From positions 15,377 to 79,376 of the forward strand of contig JBFMAC010000012.1 in the NCBI GenBank assembly GCA_040756015.1: DNA of 64,000 nt, given 5' to 3'. The translations under genes were made by a program, and so were the position numbers. Source of the stretch: Pseudomonadota bacterium. Lineage in GTDB: Bacteria > Pseudomonadota > Gammaproteobacteria > Burkholderiales > JBFMAC01. Under the pieces are notes generated by a model. The model made no database searches. It saw only the letters and a list, made by a program, of their open reading frames with translations, and was not told the origin of the DNA. This document shows positions 32,259-42,429 of this stretch, in pieces (the first letter of the stretch is position 1; the number at the start of each line of letters is the position of its first letter).

Positions 32259-33995
32259 ATGAGCCTGCCCGATTATAAAAGCCATCTTGCCGGCCTGTTC
32301 CAGGCCGCGTTGGAAACCGTCGCGCCGCAATACATCAACACCGGCATCCTGATCGAACGCCCCAAACAGGCGCAGCACGGCGATTACGCCTGCAATCTCG
32401 CCCTGCAAATCGCCAAGCCGCTCAAGCAGAATCCGCGTGCCATCGCCGAGCAGCTTCGTGCCGCGCTGCCGCCGTCACCGCATTTCGAAAAATATGAAGT
32501 GGCCGGCGCAGGCTTCATCAACGCCTTCCTCAAGCCCTCTGCCAAGCAGCAGGTGGTGCCCATCATCCTGGCGAGCGCGGCGGCCTACGGCCAAAGCAAG
32601 TTGGGCGCAGGGAAAAAAGTGCAGGTGGAATTCGTCTCCGCCAATCCCACCGGCCCATTGCACGTTGGCCATGGCCGTGGCGCCGCCTATGGCGCAAGCC
32701 TGGCCAACGTCCTCGCCGCTGCCGGTTTCGACGTCTGGCGCGAATACTATGTCAACGATGCCGGCCGGCAGATGGACATCCTGGCGCTGTCCACTTGGCT
32801 ACGCTACCTGGAAATTCAGGGCGTAGCCGTACCGTTTCCCGGCAATGCCTACCAGGGCGATTACGTCAAAACCATGGCCGGCCAGATCGCGGCAACGCAC
32901 GGCACGCGCTACGTGCACCAGCCCGGCGCGGTCATGCTGGACGTGCCCGCGCACGCGGAGGATGCCGAGGGCCACCTCGACGCGCTGATCGCCAACGCCA
33001 AGCGGCTGCTCGGCGCCGACTATGCCTACATCCACAACTTCGCGCTGACCGAGCAACTCGGCGATTGCAGTAACGACCTGCTCGAATTCGGCGTCGGCTT
33101 CGACCAGTGGTTTTCCGAGCGCTCGCTGTTCGATTCGGGGCTAGTGGAGCAGACCGTGGCCGAGCTGGAGCGCAATGGCTACATCTACCTGCAGGACGGC
33201 GCGCGCTGGTTCCGTGCCACCAGCTTCGGCGATGAAAAGGATCGCGTGGTGCAGCGTGAGAACGGCCAGTACACCTATTTTGCTTCCGACATCGCCTACC
33301 ACAACAACAAGTTCCAGCGCGGCTTCAGCCTGATCATCGACGTGTGGGGCGCCGATCACCACGGCTACATCCCGCGCGTCAAAGGCGCGCTGCAGGCGCT
33401 CGGCCTCAATCCGGAACAATTGATCGTCGCCTTGGTGCAGTTCGCGGTGCTTTACCGCAACGGCGTGAAAGCCTCGATGTCGACGCGCAGCGGCGAATTC
33501 GTCACCCTGCGCGAATTGCGCAACGAAGTGGGCAACGATGCCGCGCGCTTCTTCTACGTGCTGCGCAAGAGCGACCAGCATCTCGACTTCGACCTCGACC
33601 TCGCCAAATCGCAGAGCAACGAAAACCCGGTGTATTACATCCAGTATGCCCATGCGCGCATTTGCAGCGTGCTGGAACAATGGGGTGGCGCCATTACGCA
33701 GCTCGCCGCTGCCGATACCGCCAAGCTCGACAGCGAGCATGAGCGCGCGCTGCTCAACCGCCTGATGGCCTACCCGGAAGCGTTGGAAAATGCAGCGCGC
33801 GATTTGTCACCGCACTTGATCGCCTTCTATCTCAAGGAGCTCGCCGGGGAATTCCACAGCTATTACAACGCCACCCATTTCCTGGTCGATGATGAAGCGG
33901 TAAAACTCGCCCGCGTGGCGCTGGTGGCCGCCGTGCGCCAGGTGCTGCGCAACGGCCTGCAATTGCTGGGTGTCAGCGCCCCGGAAAAAATGTAA
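32259..33995 (+). CDS. argS: arginine--tRNA ligase
   Basis: Reading from the ATG at 32259 (MSLPDYKSHLAGLF...) the class I motifs SANPTGPLHVGHGR and MSTRSG are present. The track's 5' extension overlaps priA and is rejected. Confidence 0.95.
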   Translation: MSLPDYKSHLAGLFQAALETVAPQYINTGILIERPKQAQHGDYACNLALQIAKPLKQNPRAIAEQLRAALPPSPHFEKYEVAGAGFINAFLKPSAKQQVVPIILASAAAYGQSKLGAGKKVQVEFVSANPTGPLHVGHGRGAAYGASLANVLAAAGFDVWREYYVNDAGRQMDILALSTWLRYLEIQGVAVPFPGNAYQGDYVKTMAGQIAATHGTRYVHQPGAVMLDVPAHAEDAEGHLDALIANAKRLLGADYAYIHNFALTEQLGDCSNDLLEFGVGFDQWFSERSLFDSGLVEQTVAELERNGYIYLQDGARWFRATSFGDEKDRVVQRENGQYTYFASDIAYHNNKFQRGFSLIIDVWGADHHGYIPRVKGALQALGLNPEQLIVALVQFAVLYRNGVKASMSTRSGEFVTLRELRNEVGNDAARFFYVLRKSDQHLDFDLDLAKSQSNENPVYYIQYAHARICSVLEQWGGAITQLAAADTAKLDSEHERALLNRLMAYPEALENAARDLSPHLIAFYLKELAGEFHSYYNATHFLVDDEAVKLARVALVAAVRQVLRNGLQLLGVSAPEKM

Positions 33996-34004
33996 CATTG
34001 CGCC

Positions 34005-34571
34005 ATGAGTCGAGGCGCCAAACATTCCCCCAGAAAAAGCAAGCTGCTGTTGGGGATATTTTCCGGGCTGGTGCTGGGTTTGCTGTCGGCCATCGGCGTG
34101 GCTTGGTACCTCAAAAAAACACCCGGCTTGGAAACCGGCAAGCCGACCGCCCCGGCACAAACGGAAGCCGAGAAGAGCAAGCCGCGCGAGCATGCCAAGC
34201 TCGATGCCGCCATGGCCAAGCCCGAAGCCAGGCCGCGTTTCGATTTTTATAAAATCCTGCCCGGCACCGAAGAGCGCGCGGCGGAGCCGAACAAACCCGG
34301 TCAACCGCAATTGCGGGAAAACGTTTTCCTACAGGCCGGCGCATTTCAAAATGCGGCCGATGCTGATAACCTGAAAGCGCACCTGGCCCTGCTCGGGCTG
34401 GAAGCCTCCATCCAGACCACCGCCTTGCCGGACAAGGGAGTGTGGCACCGGGTGCGGCTGGGGCCATTTGCAAAGGCCGAGGATATCGAACATACCCGGA
34501 CCACATTGAAACAGGCCGGCATCGAACCGGTGCTGCTCAAGGTACGCGAACCCGTCACGCCACCACAATAA
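34005..34571 (+). CDS. SPOR domain protein (FtsN-like, single N-terminal TM)
   Basis: The ORF has the TM segment LLLGIFSGLVLGLLSAIGVAWYL and the C-terminal SPOR pattern FLQAGAFQNAADADNLKAHLALLG...WHRVRLGPF. Confidence 0.75.
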   Translation: MSRGAKHSPRKSKLLLGIFSGLVLGLLSAIGVAWYLKKTPGLETGKPTAPAQTEAEKSKPREHAKLDAAMAKPEARPRFDFYKILPGTEERAAEPNKPGQPQLRENVFLQAGAFQNAADADNLKAHLALLGLEASIQTTALPDKGVWHRVRLGPFAKAEDIEHTRTTLKQAGIEPVLLKVREPVTPPQ

Positions 34572-34601
34572 TCACAGTATCAGTTTGCAACAGGAGAAAA
34601 T

Positions 34602-35255
34602 ATGAAAATGCCATTGATCCGCTTCCTTACTGCCTTGTACCTCATGGCACTGGGTACGATGGGCACAGCCCACGCCGCCGAGCCGGTGGCCGGCGTCGAT
34701 TACCGCGTGATCAGCCCGGCACAGCCAACCTTACCCGGCAAGGAAATCGAGGTCATCGAATTTTTCTGGTACGGTTGCCCGCATTGCTACGAATTGCAGC
34801 CGGCCATGAATGCCTGGCTGAAGAAGCTGCCCAAAGATGTCAAATTCCGCAACGTGCCCGCAATTTTCCGCGATTCGTGGACGCCCAATGCGCGTGCTTT
34901 TTATGCGCTCGAGGCGATGGGCGAGGGATCGCGCCTGCATGACAAGATTTTCGATGCCATCCATGTCGACAAAATCGACCTCAACAGCGATCAATCGCTC
35001 TTTAGCTGGCTCGCCAAGCAGGGTGTCGACGAGAAAAAATTCCGCGATACCTATGCCTCGTTCGCGGTGCAGAGCAAGGTCGAGCGCTCCAAGCAGATGT
35101 CGCGCTCGTACCAGTTGCAAGGCACGCCCTCGGTGGTGGTGGACGGGAAATACCTGACCGCCCCCTCGATGACCGGCAGCTATGAGCGCTTCACCCAGGT
35201 GCTGGACCAACTCATCGCCAAAGCGCGGCAGGAACGCTCCGGCAAGAAGAACTGA
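34602..35255 (+). CDS. dsbA: thiol:disulfide interchange protein DsbA
   Basis: The ORF has a signal peptide, the active site FFWYGCPHCY, and GTPSVVVDGKY. Confidence 0.85.
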   Translation: MKMPLIRFLTALYLMALGTMGTAHAAEPVAGVDYRVISPAQPTLPGKEIEVIEFFWYGCPHCYELQPAMNAWLKKLPKDVKFRNVPAIFRDSWTPNARAFYALEAMGEGSRLHDKIFDAIHVDKIDLNSDQSLFSWLAKQGVDEKKFRDTYASFAVQSKVERSKQMSRSYQLQGTPSVVVDGKYLTAPSMTGSYERFTQVLDQLIAKARQERSGKKN

Positions 35256-35256
35256 G

Positions 35257-35925
35257 ATGCCAGTCCGCCACCTTTGCGCGCTGCTGCTTGCTCTCCTCCT
35301 ACCCGGGATGGTGCATGCGGAAGAATTCCGGGTGGAGGATCACTATCGCCTCATCTCGGGGCATCGCCTCAGCGCGAGGGACCATATAACGGTGATCGAA
35401 TTTTTTTCCTACGACTGCCGGCAATGTTTGGAACTGTCCGGTTTGCTCAACAACTGGCAAAAACAGATTCCTCCCAATGTAACCTATTCCCGCGTCCCCT
35501 TTGTTCGGCAGGATAGCCGCCTACCTTTCGCGAAAATTTACTATACCTTACTGGCCTTGCGGAGATTCGGCTCGCTGCATGAGGAAATTTATCGCGCCTA
35601 TTCCGACAACGAAATCGATTTCGGCGACGAACAGTCGATTTCCGACTGGATGGAACAGCACGGCGTCGATCCTTACTCCTTCCTGCAAGTTTTCAATTCG
35701 CCCGGGGTCTACCAGAAAGCCGTACGCGCCAAAAAACTGGCTCAGCAACTGGACGTGCGCTCCGCGCCCTCTCTGGTGGTGGGAAGCAAATTCGTCATAT
35801 CGGCGGAACTTGCCGACAACGATAGCGAAGTCATGATGCTCGTGCTGGACAAGCTCATCGAGAGTACGCGCGTGGATACCCTCAACCAGGGACAGAAGAT
35901 ACTCACCCCGCCGCCGTCCAACTAA
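35257..35925 (+). CDS. DsbA-family thioredoxin-fold paralogue (CRQC active site)
   Basis: The ATG at 35257 lies 1 nt after the dsbA stop. It has the signal peptide MPVRHLCALLLALLLPGMVHA, the motif FFSYDCRQCL, and SAPSLVVGSKF. Confidence 0.7.
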   Translation: MPVRHLCALLLALLLPGMVHAEEFRVEDHYRLISGHRLSARDHITVIEFFSYDCRQCLELSGLLNNWQKQIPPNVTYSRVPFVRQDSRLPFAKIYYTLLALRRFGSLHEEIYRAYSDNEIDFGDEQSISDWMEQHGVDPYSFLQVFNSPGVYQKAVRAKKLAQQLDVRSAPSLVVGSKFVISAELADNDSEVMMLVLDKLIESTRVDTLNQGQKILTPPPSN

Positions 35926-35935
35926 CCCGGTTTTC

Positions 35936-36694
35936 GTGCCCTCCGTAATCATCACCGGTGCTTCGAGCGGACTGGGAACGTCGCTGGCGCGACGCTATGC
36001 CGCGCGCGGCGCCGTTCTGGGCCTGGTCGCGCGACGCAACGATGCACTCCAACAACTTGCCGCTCAAATCGGGCCGAATGCTGTTGCCTGCAATGCCGAC
36101 GTGCGTGACCCGGTGGCAATGCAACGTGCGGCGCAGGATTTCATGCAGCGGTTCGGCTGCCCCGACGTCGTCATCGCCAACGCCGGCGTAAGTGTAGGCA
36201 CCCTGACCGAATTTGCCGAGGACACCGAAGTGTTCGATGAAATCATTGCCACCAACATCATCGGCATGGTGCACACCTTCCAGCCCTTCATCGCCGCGAT
36301 GCGCGCGCGCGGGAACGGCGCACTGGTCGGCATCGCCAGCGTGGCCGGGCTTCGCGGCCTGCCCGGCGCGGGCGCCTATTCCGCCTCAAAAGCAGCAGCG
36401 ATCGCCTACCTGGAAAGCCTGCGCGTGGAGTTGCGCGGCAGCGGCATTGCCGTCATCACCATCTGCCCCGGCTACATCAAAACGCCGATGACGGAAACCA
36501 ATCCCTACCGCATGCCATTCATCATGCAGCCTGAAATCGCCGCCGAAAAAATCATCGTGGCGATCAAGCGCAAGAAAACCTTTGCCGTCATCCCGTGGCA
36601 GATGGCATGGGTGGGATGGGTGCTAAAACGATTGCCGAACGCGCTTTACGACCGGCTGTTTGCCAGGGCACCGCACAAGCCGCGCCGCAGCTAG
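35936..36694 (+). CDS. short-chain dehydrogenase/reductase (SDR)
   Basis: The ORF starts with GTG. It contains ITGASSGLG, NAG, and the YSASKAA catalytic motif. Confidence 0.85.
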   Translation: MPSVIITGASSGLGTSLARRYAARGAVLGLVARRNDALQQLAAQIGPNAVACNADVRDPVAMQRAAQDFMQRFGCPDVVIANAGVSVGTLTEFAEDTEVFDEIIATNIIGMVHTFQPFIAAMRARGNGALVGIASVAGLRGLPGAGAYSASKAAAIAYLESLRVELRGSGIAVITICPGYIKTPMTETNPYRMPFIMQPEIAAEKIIVAIKRKKTFAVIPWQMAWVGWVLKRLPNALYDRLFARAPHKPRRS

Positions 36695-37455
36695 CCGAGA
36701 AAACCGCTGTTCCACAACTCCTCGGTGAGTGCCCGGTAGTCCTTGGCGCCTGGGCTATGCGGCGCAAAGGCAAAAATGCTCTTGCCGTGCATGGGGCTTG
36801 CTGCCAAGCTAACGTTCTCGGAAATGCGAGCCTCGCACAATTGCCCGCCGAAATGCTTCTTCAGGATGTCGTAAATCTCGAACGACAGGCGTCGGCGCGA
36901 ATCGAAACGCGTGACGATGACGCGCCGCTCGAATTTGCGCTTCAGCTTGGTTTCCAGCACGTTGAGCGCAGTATCCAGGCGCTGCACACCTTGCAGCGAG
37001 AGAAAATCCGCCGCCACCGGAATCAGCACGCGATCCGCCGCGATCAGGGCATTCAGCGTCAGCACGCCCAGCATCGGGCAGCAGTCGATCAGGATGGGAA
37101 CACCGTTTTGCCTGAGCTTATCACGCAGGCCCTCGCGCAACTTGGTGGTGATGCTGGGGTTGCCGGCATAGAGCGCATCGATTTTCGACAGGTCGAGCGA
37201 TGCCGGGATCAGGCTCAAACCGGCCGGCAGTGTCCGTACCAGTTGATCGAGCGGCTTGTCCTGGCTGAAAAATGAAAACACGCTGTCTTCGCCGCTGACC
37301 CCTTTGACGCCGCAGGCCAACGTCAGGTGCCCTTGCGGATCGAGATCGAGGGCGCAGGGATTTTTTTTAAGCAAGGCAAGAGCAAAGGCCAGATTCAAGG
37401 TCGAAGTCGTTTTGCCGACCCCGCCTTTTTGGTTGAACACCGTGATTACCGCCAT
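36691..37455 (-). CDS. orphan ParA/MinD-family ATPase
   Basis: The 254-aa ORF has the deviant Walker A FNQKGGVGKTTSTLNLA and the Walker B-like ILIDCCP. It lies 60 nt downstream of glmS, and its 3' end overlaps the convergent SDR gene by 4 nt. Confidence 0.85.
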   Translation of the reverse strand: MAVITVFNQKGGVGKTTSTLNLAFALALLKKNPCALDLDPQGHLTLACGVKGVSGEDSVFSFFSQDKPLDQLVRTLPAGLSLIPASLDLSKIDALYAGNPSITTKLREGLRDKLRQNGVPILIDCCPMLGVLTLNALIAADRVLIPVAADFLSLQGVQRLDTALNVLETKLKRKFERRVIVTRFDSRRRLSFEIYDILKKHFGGQLCEARISENVSLAASPMHGKSIFAFAPHSPGAKDYRALTEELWNSGFLG

Positions 37456-37515
37456 GCTTTCCCCTTGGCTACGGCCAAAACCCAGGCCATGTACAGCAGC
37501 AATGCCCTATGCTCG

Positions 37516-39345
37516 CTATTCCACCGTCACCGATTTTGCCAAATTCCTTGGCTTGTCTACGTCAGTGCCGCGTACCAGCGCGGTATGATACGCCAGCAAT
37601 TGCACCGGCACCGCATGCACCACCGGTGACAGCACGCCGACGTGGCGCGGGGTGCGGATCACGTGTACCCCCGCCGCCTCGCCAAAATGGCTGTCGAGAT
37701 CGGCAAACACGTACAGCTCGCCGCCGCGCGCACGTACTTCCTGCATGTTGGACTTCACCTTCTCGAGCAGGGCATCGTTGGGGGCGATCACCACCACCGG
37801 CATGTCGGCATCCACCAGCGCGAGCGGGCCATGCTTGAGCTCCCCGGCGGGGTAGGCCTCGGCGTGGATGTAGGTGATTTCCTTCAGCTTGAGCGCGCCT
37901 TCCAGCGCGATCGGGTAATGCACGCCGCGGCCCAGGAACAGCGCATGCCGCTTGGCGGCAAAGGCGCGTGCCCATTCGACGATCTGCGCTTCCAGATTGA
38001 GTGCGTGCTGCACGCTGCCGGGCAGGTGGCGCAGCGCTTCGATATATTCGTGCTCCTGCTGCGGGGTCAGCCGGCCGCGCTGCTTGGCCAGCGTCGCCGC
38101 CAGAATGAACAGCGCCACCAGTTGCGTGGTGAACGCCTTGGTCGAGGCCACGCCGATTTCCGCGCCGGCACGGGTATAGAAAACCAGCTTGGAAGCGCGC
38201 GGGATTGCGCTCTCCTGCACGTTGCAGATGGACAGCGTCAGCTCGTGGCCGAGCGACTTGGCATGTTTCAATGCTTCCATGGTATCCAGCGTCTCGCCCG
38301 ACTGGGAGATGGTCACCACCAACTGGCGCGGGTTGGGCACCGAGCTGCGGTAGCGGTATTCGCTGGCGATTTCCACGCTGGTAGGTATGCCAGCGATGCC
38401 TTCCAGCCAGTACCTGGCGGTGAGTCCGGCGTAGTAACTGGTGCCGGCGGCAAGGATCAGCACCGCATCCACTTCACCGAATACCGTTGTCGCCTCTGCA
38501 CCGAACAGTTCCGCGTCGAAGCCGGCCGCGTCGGCCACCGCCTCCAGAGTGTCGGTGAGAGAACGCGGCTGCTCGTGGATTTCCTTCTGCATGAAGTGGC
38601 TGTAAGGCCCCAGTTCCATCGAGGCCAGCGACACGTCGCTGACGTGCACCGGGCGCTCGACGCGCGCACCGTTGCGATCGACGATGGTGATCCCGTCGCG
38701 ACGCAGTTCCACGACATCGCCCTCCTCCAGGTAAATCACGCGCCGTGTCACGGACAGCACCGCAGACACGTCCGATGCGACGAAATTTTCTCCTTCGCCC
38801 AGGCCGATCAGCAGCGGACAGCCCATGCGCGCGCATACCATCAGCTCGGGGGTTTTGATTGAAATCACGCCGATAGCGTAGGCGCCCACCAGTTCGCGTA
38901 CTGCCTTGCAGGTGGCCGCGTACAGATCGCCGGACTGCTGAAAGTAATGATGGATCAGGTGCGCAATCACCTCGGTATCGGTCTGCGATTCGAAGCGATA
39001 ACCCAGCGCCTTGAGGCGGGCACGCTGTTCCTCGTGATTCTCGATGATGCCGTTGTGCACCACCGCGATTTCGCCATGCGAAATGTGCGGATGTGCGTTG
39101 GCTTCGGTAACGCCGCCGTGGGTAGCCCAGCGCGTGTGGCCGATGCCGGTGTGACCGGCAAGCTGCTCGGCGTCGGCCCTGCCCTGCATTTCGGCAACGC
39201 GGCCGACCGCACGCACACGCCGGATGCCGCCGTTGAGCACCGCCACGCCGGCGGAATCATAGCCACGGTATTCCAGACGGCTCAGGCCCTGGATCAGCAG
39301 CGGCACGACGTTGCGTTGCGCAACCGCGCCTACGATGCCACACAT
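37516..39345 (-). CDS. glmS: glutamine--fructose-6-phosphate aminotransferase
   Basis: The 609-aa ORF begins MCGIVGAV, contains two SIS domains, and ends ...[13 protein letters not shown]. Confidence 0.97.
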   Translation of the reverse strand: MCGIVGAVAQRNVVPLLIQGLSRLEYRGYDSAGVAVLNGGIRRVRAVGRVAEMQGRADAEQLAGHTGIGHTRWATHGGVTEANAHPHISHGEIAVVHNGIIENHEEQRARLKALGYRFESQTDTEVIAHLIHHYFQQSGDLYAATCKAVRELVGAYAIGVISIKTPELMVCARMGCPLLIGLGEGENFVASDVSAVLSVTRRVIYLEEGDVVELRRDGITIVDRNGARVERPVHVSDVSLASMELGPYSHFMQKEIHEQPRSLTDTLEAVADAAGFDAELFGAEATTVFGEVDAVLILAAGTSYYAGLTARYWLEGIAGIPTSVEIASEYRYRSSVPNPRQLVVTISQSGETLDTMEALKHAKSLGHELTLSICNVQESAIPRASKLVFYTRAGAEIGVASTKAFTTQLVALFILAATLAKQRGRLTPQQEHEYIEALRHLPGSVQHALNLEAQIVEWARAFAAKRHALFLGRGVHYPIALEGALKLKEITYIHAEAYPAGELKHGPLALVDADMPVVVIAPNDALLEKVKSNMQEVRARGGELYVFADLDSHFGEAAGVHVIRTPRHVGVLSPVVHAVPVQLLAYHTALVRGTDVDKPRNLAKSVTVE

Positions 39346-39517
39346 GGAGATGGTTGGTTTGAAGTCACAAGTTCACAAAGCCACAGCTTGCTGCACCGGT
39401 CGAAAAAAGCGTATAAACTTTCGCGTCGAGCCCGGTGCTGACAGGCTCGCATTATACGATACTTGGTGCGGCGGTGGCCGCTCGCACCTGATCAATCGAA
39501 TATTCTCAGGGGGAACC

Positions 39518-40423
39518 ATGTCTCAGCTGGCCGAACTCAACCGCCGCTTCGCCATACCCGGCATGCTCGAATTCAAAGCCTTGCCCAACGGTTATATCGC
39601 CGCTTCCATCGCCAACAAACACGCTGGCGCCTGCATCGCCTTGCAAGGTGCACACATTCTGTCGTTCCAGCCGCGCGGACAGGAGCCCGTGATCTGGCTG
39701 AGCCCGCTCGCCAAGTTCGAGGCCGGTAAATCGGTGCGCGGCGGCGTACCGGTGTGCTGGCCCTGGTTCGGCCCGCATGCCAGCAATCCCGCTTTCCCTG
39801 GCCATGGCTTCGCCCGCACCGTGCCGTGGCGCGTGGCGTCCAGCGAAATGCTGGAGGATGGCGCCACCCGCATCGCCTTCGAAATCGAGCAGAACGACGC
39901 CACGCGCGCGCAATGGCCGCATGCCTCCAGCGCGCGCCTCACCGCCACCGTGGGCAAGACGCTGCATATCGAACTGACCACGCGCAACAACAGCTATGAT
40001 GCCTTCACCATCGGCGAGGCGCTGCACACCTATTTCCACATCAGCGACATCGGCAAGGTGGAAGTCACCGGGCTGAATGGTTGCGACTACCTCGACAAGG
40101 TCGGTGCCGGCGGTCGCAAAACCCAGCAGGGCGCGCTCACATTCAGCGGCGAAACCGACCGCATCTACCTGAATACGCCGGGCAACTGCGCCATCGTCGA
40201 CAGCGGGCTCAAGCGCCGCATCCGCATCGCCAGCGAGAACAGCCGCTCCACGGTGGTGTGGACGCCATGGACCGAGAAGGCCGACAAAATGGGCGACTTC
40301 GGCCCGGACGGCTGGGGCGGCATGGTGTGCGTGGAGACCGCCAACGCCGCCGACAACGTCGTGCGCGTGGGTCCCCAAAGCGAGCACTGCATGAGCGTGA
40401 CTTACAGCGTGGAAAAAATGTAG
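39518..40423 (+). CDS. D-hexose-6-phosphate mutarotase (aldose 1-epimerase family, YeaD-like)
   Basis: Reading from the ATG at 39518 (after GGGGGAACC) the ORF contains SVRGGVPVCWPWFGPH and ...DRIY...VVWTPW. Confidence 0.8.
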   Translation: MSQLAELNRRFAIPGMLEFKALPNGYIAASIANKHAGACIALQGAHILSFQPRGQEPVIWLSPLAKFEAGKSVRGGVPVCWPWFGPHASNPAFPGHGFARTVPWRVASSEMLEDGATRIAFEIEQNDATRAQWPHASSARLTATVGKTLHIELTTRNNSYDAFTIGEALHTYFHISDIGKVEVTGLNGCDYLDKVGAGGRKTQQGALTFSGETDRIYLNTPGNCAIVDSGLKRRIRIASENSRSTVVWTPWTEKADKMGDFGPDGWGGMVCVETANAADNVVRVGPQSEHCMSVTYSVEKM

Positions 40424-40449
40424 TCGGAGAGGCTAGGGGCTGTTTACCA

Positions 40450-40496
40450 TCACCCCTCTCCCACGCTAGCGGGCATGAGCTGGGGGTAAGGGGTGA
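40450..40496. repeat. REP-like palindromic element between convergent genes
   Basis: TCACCCCT (40450..40457) pairs with AGGGGTGA (40489..40496). The core ATCACCCCTCTCC recurs at 52546..52560. Confidence 0.4.
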
Positions 40497-40524
40497 GCAT
40501 TACCACTTCAGCCCTCAGGTACGG

Positions 40525-41895
40525 TTACTTCTTGAGCTGTTTCTTCGGCCGCTGCCAGCCCGGCACAGTAAGCTGCCTGACGCGCGACAAAGTCAGCTCG
40601 CCAGCCGGCGCATCCTTCGTGACCGTGGAACCCGCCCCTATGGTGGCACCCTTGCCCACCGTCACCGGCGCCACCAGCTGGGTGTCAGAGCCGATGAACA
40701 CGTCGTCCTCGATCACGGTCTTGTGCTTGTTGGCGCCGTCGTAGTTGCAGGTGATGGTACCAGCGCCGATGTTGACGTTGGCCCCCACTTCGGCGTCGCC
40801 CACGTAACTCAGGTGGTTGGCTTTGGAGCCTTGGCCGATGACGCTGTTCTTCACTTCGACGAAGTTGCCGATGTGCGCCTCGTCCGCCAGGCGGGTGCCG
40901 GGACGGATGCGCGCGTAAGGCCCGACGCGACAATCCGTGCCGATCGCGGCATCCTCGATGTGGGAAAACGGCGCGATGCGCGTGCCTTTCCCCACCGTCA
41001 CGTTGTGCAGCACGCAGTTAGCGCCGATCTGGACACCATTGCCCAGGCTGACCTTACCGCTGAACACGCAGTTCACGTCTATGCTTACGTCGCGCCCGCA
41101 GTGCAGCTCGCCGCGCACGTCTATCCGTGAAGGATCGAGCAAGGTCACCCCCTGCGCCAGCAGCCTGTGCGCGGCTTCCCGCTGGTACAGGCGCTCCAGC
41201 TCGGCGAGCTGCGCCTTGCTGTTCACCCCCAGCGTCTCCCAGGCATGCTCGGGATGGACGGTGACGACCTCGACCCCGTCCGCCACCGCCATGGCGATCA
41301 CGTCGGTCAGGTAATATTCGCCCTGCGCGTTGCGGTTCTCCAGCCGCTCCAGCCAGCCGTGCAGGTGATGCGTCGACAGCGTCATGATGCCGGTGTTGAT
41401 TTCGCGGATGGCCCGCTCTGCCTCGGTGGCGTCCTTGTGCTCGACGATGCGCGCCACCCTGCCCTTGCCGTCGCGCACGATGCGGCCATAGCCGGCGGGG
41501 TCGTCCAGCATCACGGTAAGCAGCGCCATGCACCCGCCGTCGATTTTGAGCAAGTGCTGCAAGGTGGCCGCGCGCGTAAGCGGCACGTCGCCGTACAGCA
41601 CCAGCGTCACGCCGTCGTCGCCAAGGTGTGGCAACGCCTGCATCAGCGCGTGGCCGGTGCCGAGTTGCGGCTCCTGCTTGACGAACACCAGATCGGGCGC
41701 GGCCAGCGCCTGCGGCACCGCTTCGCCGCCATGACCGTACACCACGCAGATGCGCGCCGGCTGCAAAGCACGCGCCGCTTCCACCACGTGCTGCAACAGC
41801 GGCCGCCCAGCGAGCGAATGCAGCACCTTGGGCAGATCGGAGTGCATGCGCGTGCCCTTGCCGGCGGCAAGGATGACGACGTTCAACCGTTTCAT
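40525..41895 (-). CDS. glmU: bifunctional UDP-N-acetylglucosamine pyrophosphorylase / GlcN-1-P N-acetyltransferase
   Basis: Reading from Met13 gives [17 protein letters not shown]. The C-terminal half carries left-handed beta-helix hexapeptide repeats. Confidence 0.95.
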   Translation of the reverse strand: MKRLNVVILAAGKGTRMHSDLPKVLHSLAGRPLLQHVVEAARALQPARICVVYGHGGEAVPQALAAPDLVFVKQEPQLGTGHALMQALPHLGDDGVTLVLYGDVPLTRAATLQHLLKIDGGCMALLTVMLDDPAGYGRIVRDGKGRVARIVEHKDATEAERAIREINTGIMTLSTHHLHGWLERLENRNAQGEYYLTDVIAMAVADGVEVVTVHPEHAWETLGVNSKAQLAELERLYQREAAHRLLAQGVTLLDPSRIDVRGELHCGRDVSIDVNCVFSGKVSLGNGVQIGANCVLHNVTVGKGTRIAPFSHIEDAAIGTDCRVGPYARIRPGTRLADEAHIGNFVEVKNSVIGQGSKANHLSYVGDAEVGANVNIGAGTITCNYDGANKHKTVIEDDVFIGSDTQLVAPVTVGKGATIGAGSTVTKDAPAGELTLSRVRQLTVPGWQRPKKQLKK

Positions 41896-42008
41896 TGGGC
41901 TGGCTTCCAAAGTAGCGGGATTATAACCCAAGGCGTTGGTGGCACCTCACTTGGTAGCCGTTGCTTGACGCTAATGGGTCAAATGGGCAGCATGCCCAAA
42001 GAGAGCCT

Positions 42009-42068
42009 ATTTCCATCGACCGTGCCGACAAGGCCATGTATGCAGCCGAGGCAGCAGGGCGAAATTGG
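42009..42068 (+). pseudogene. relic of a GGDEF-domain C-terminus
   Basis: The frame of track ORF 41961..42290 reads ISIDRADKAMYAAEAAGRNW. This matches the terminal GGDEF block (compare ADHALYEAKSCGRN in the intact cyclase at 21341..22303). There is no upstream GGDEF sequence and no room for one. Confidence 0.55.
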
Positions 42069-42137
42069 GAAAACAAGGCGGACTCGAATGAATCCCTTGT
42101 GTCGTTGGCGTCCTTCGCGGTGAAATCGCTGGCGACG

Positions 42138-42398
42138 CTACCACTTCTGGTCTTTCCAGTCGCGCGCCTCCATGCCGCGATACTGCCCCATGATCATGCG
42201 GATGTTGAACACAACCAGCAGCACGCAGCACAAGCCCCAGCTGCCAAAAAACAGGATGCGGCCAATCTGCATCATGCCTTCGTTCTGTAGCCAGGAGCCG
42301 CCGAACACCAGCGGCAGTGCAATGAACAGGCCAAATAGCGCAGTCAGCGTGGCTAGTATCCAGGATTTCGGCTTGTTGCGCGGTATCAGGTTTTTCAA
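42138..42398 (-). CDS. small two-TM membrane protein, unknown function
   Basis: The 86-aa ORF has two hydrophobic helices (WILATLTALFGLFIALPLVF and ILFFGSWGLCCVLLVVF). It lies 31 nt after the protease gene. Confidence 0.5.
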   Translation of the reverse strand: MKNLIPRNKPKSWILATLTALFGLFIALPLVFGGSWLQNEGMMQIGRILFFGSWGLCCVLLVVFNIRMIMGQYRGMEARDWKDQKW

Positions 42399-42429
42399 TT
42401 TTCTCCCCCTGGCGCACTTGGACCGCGCC

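Noticed and set aside
37642-38862. A 406-aa plus-strand ORF.
   Set aside because: It is antisense to glmS and is a shadow ORF.
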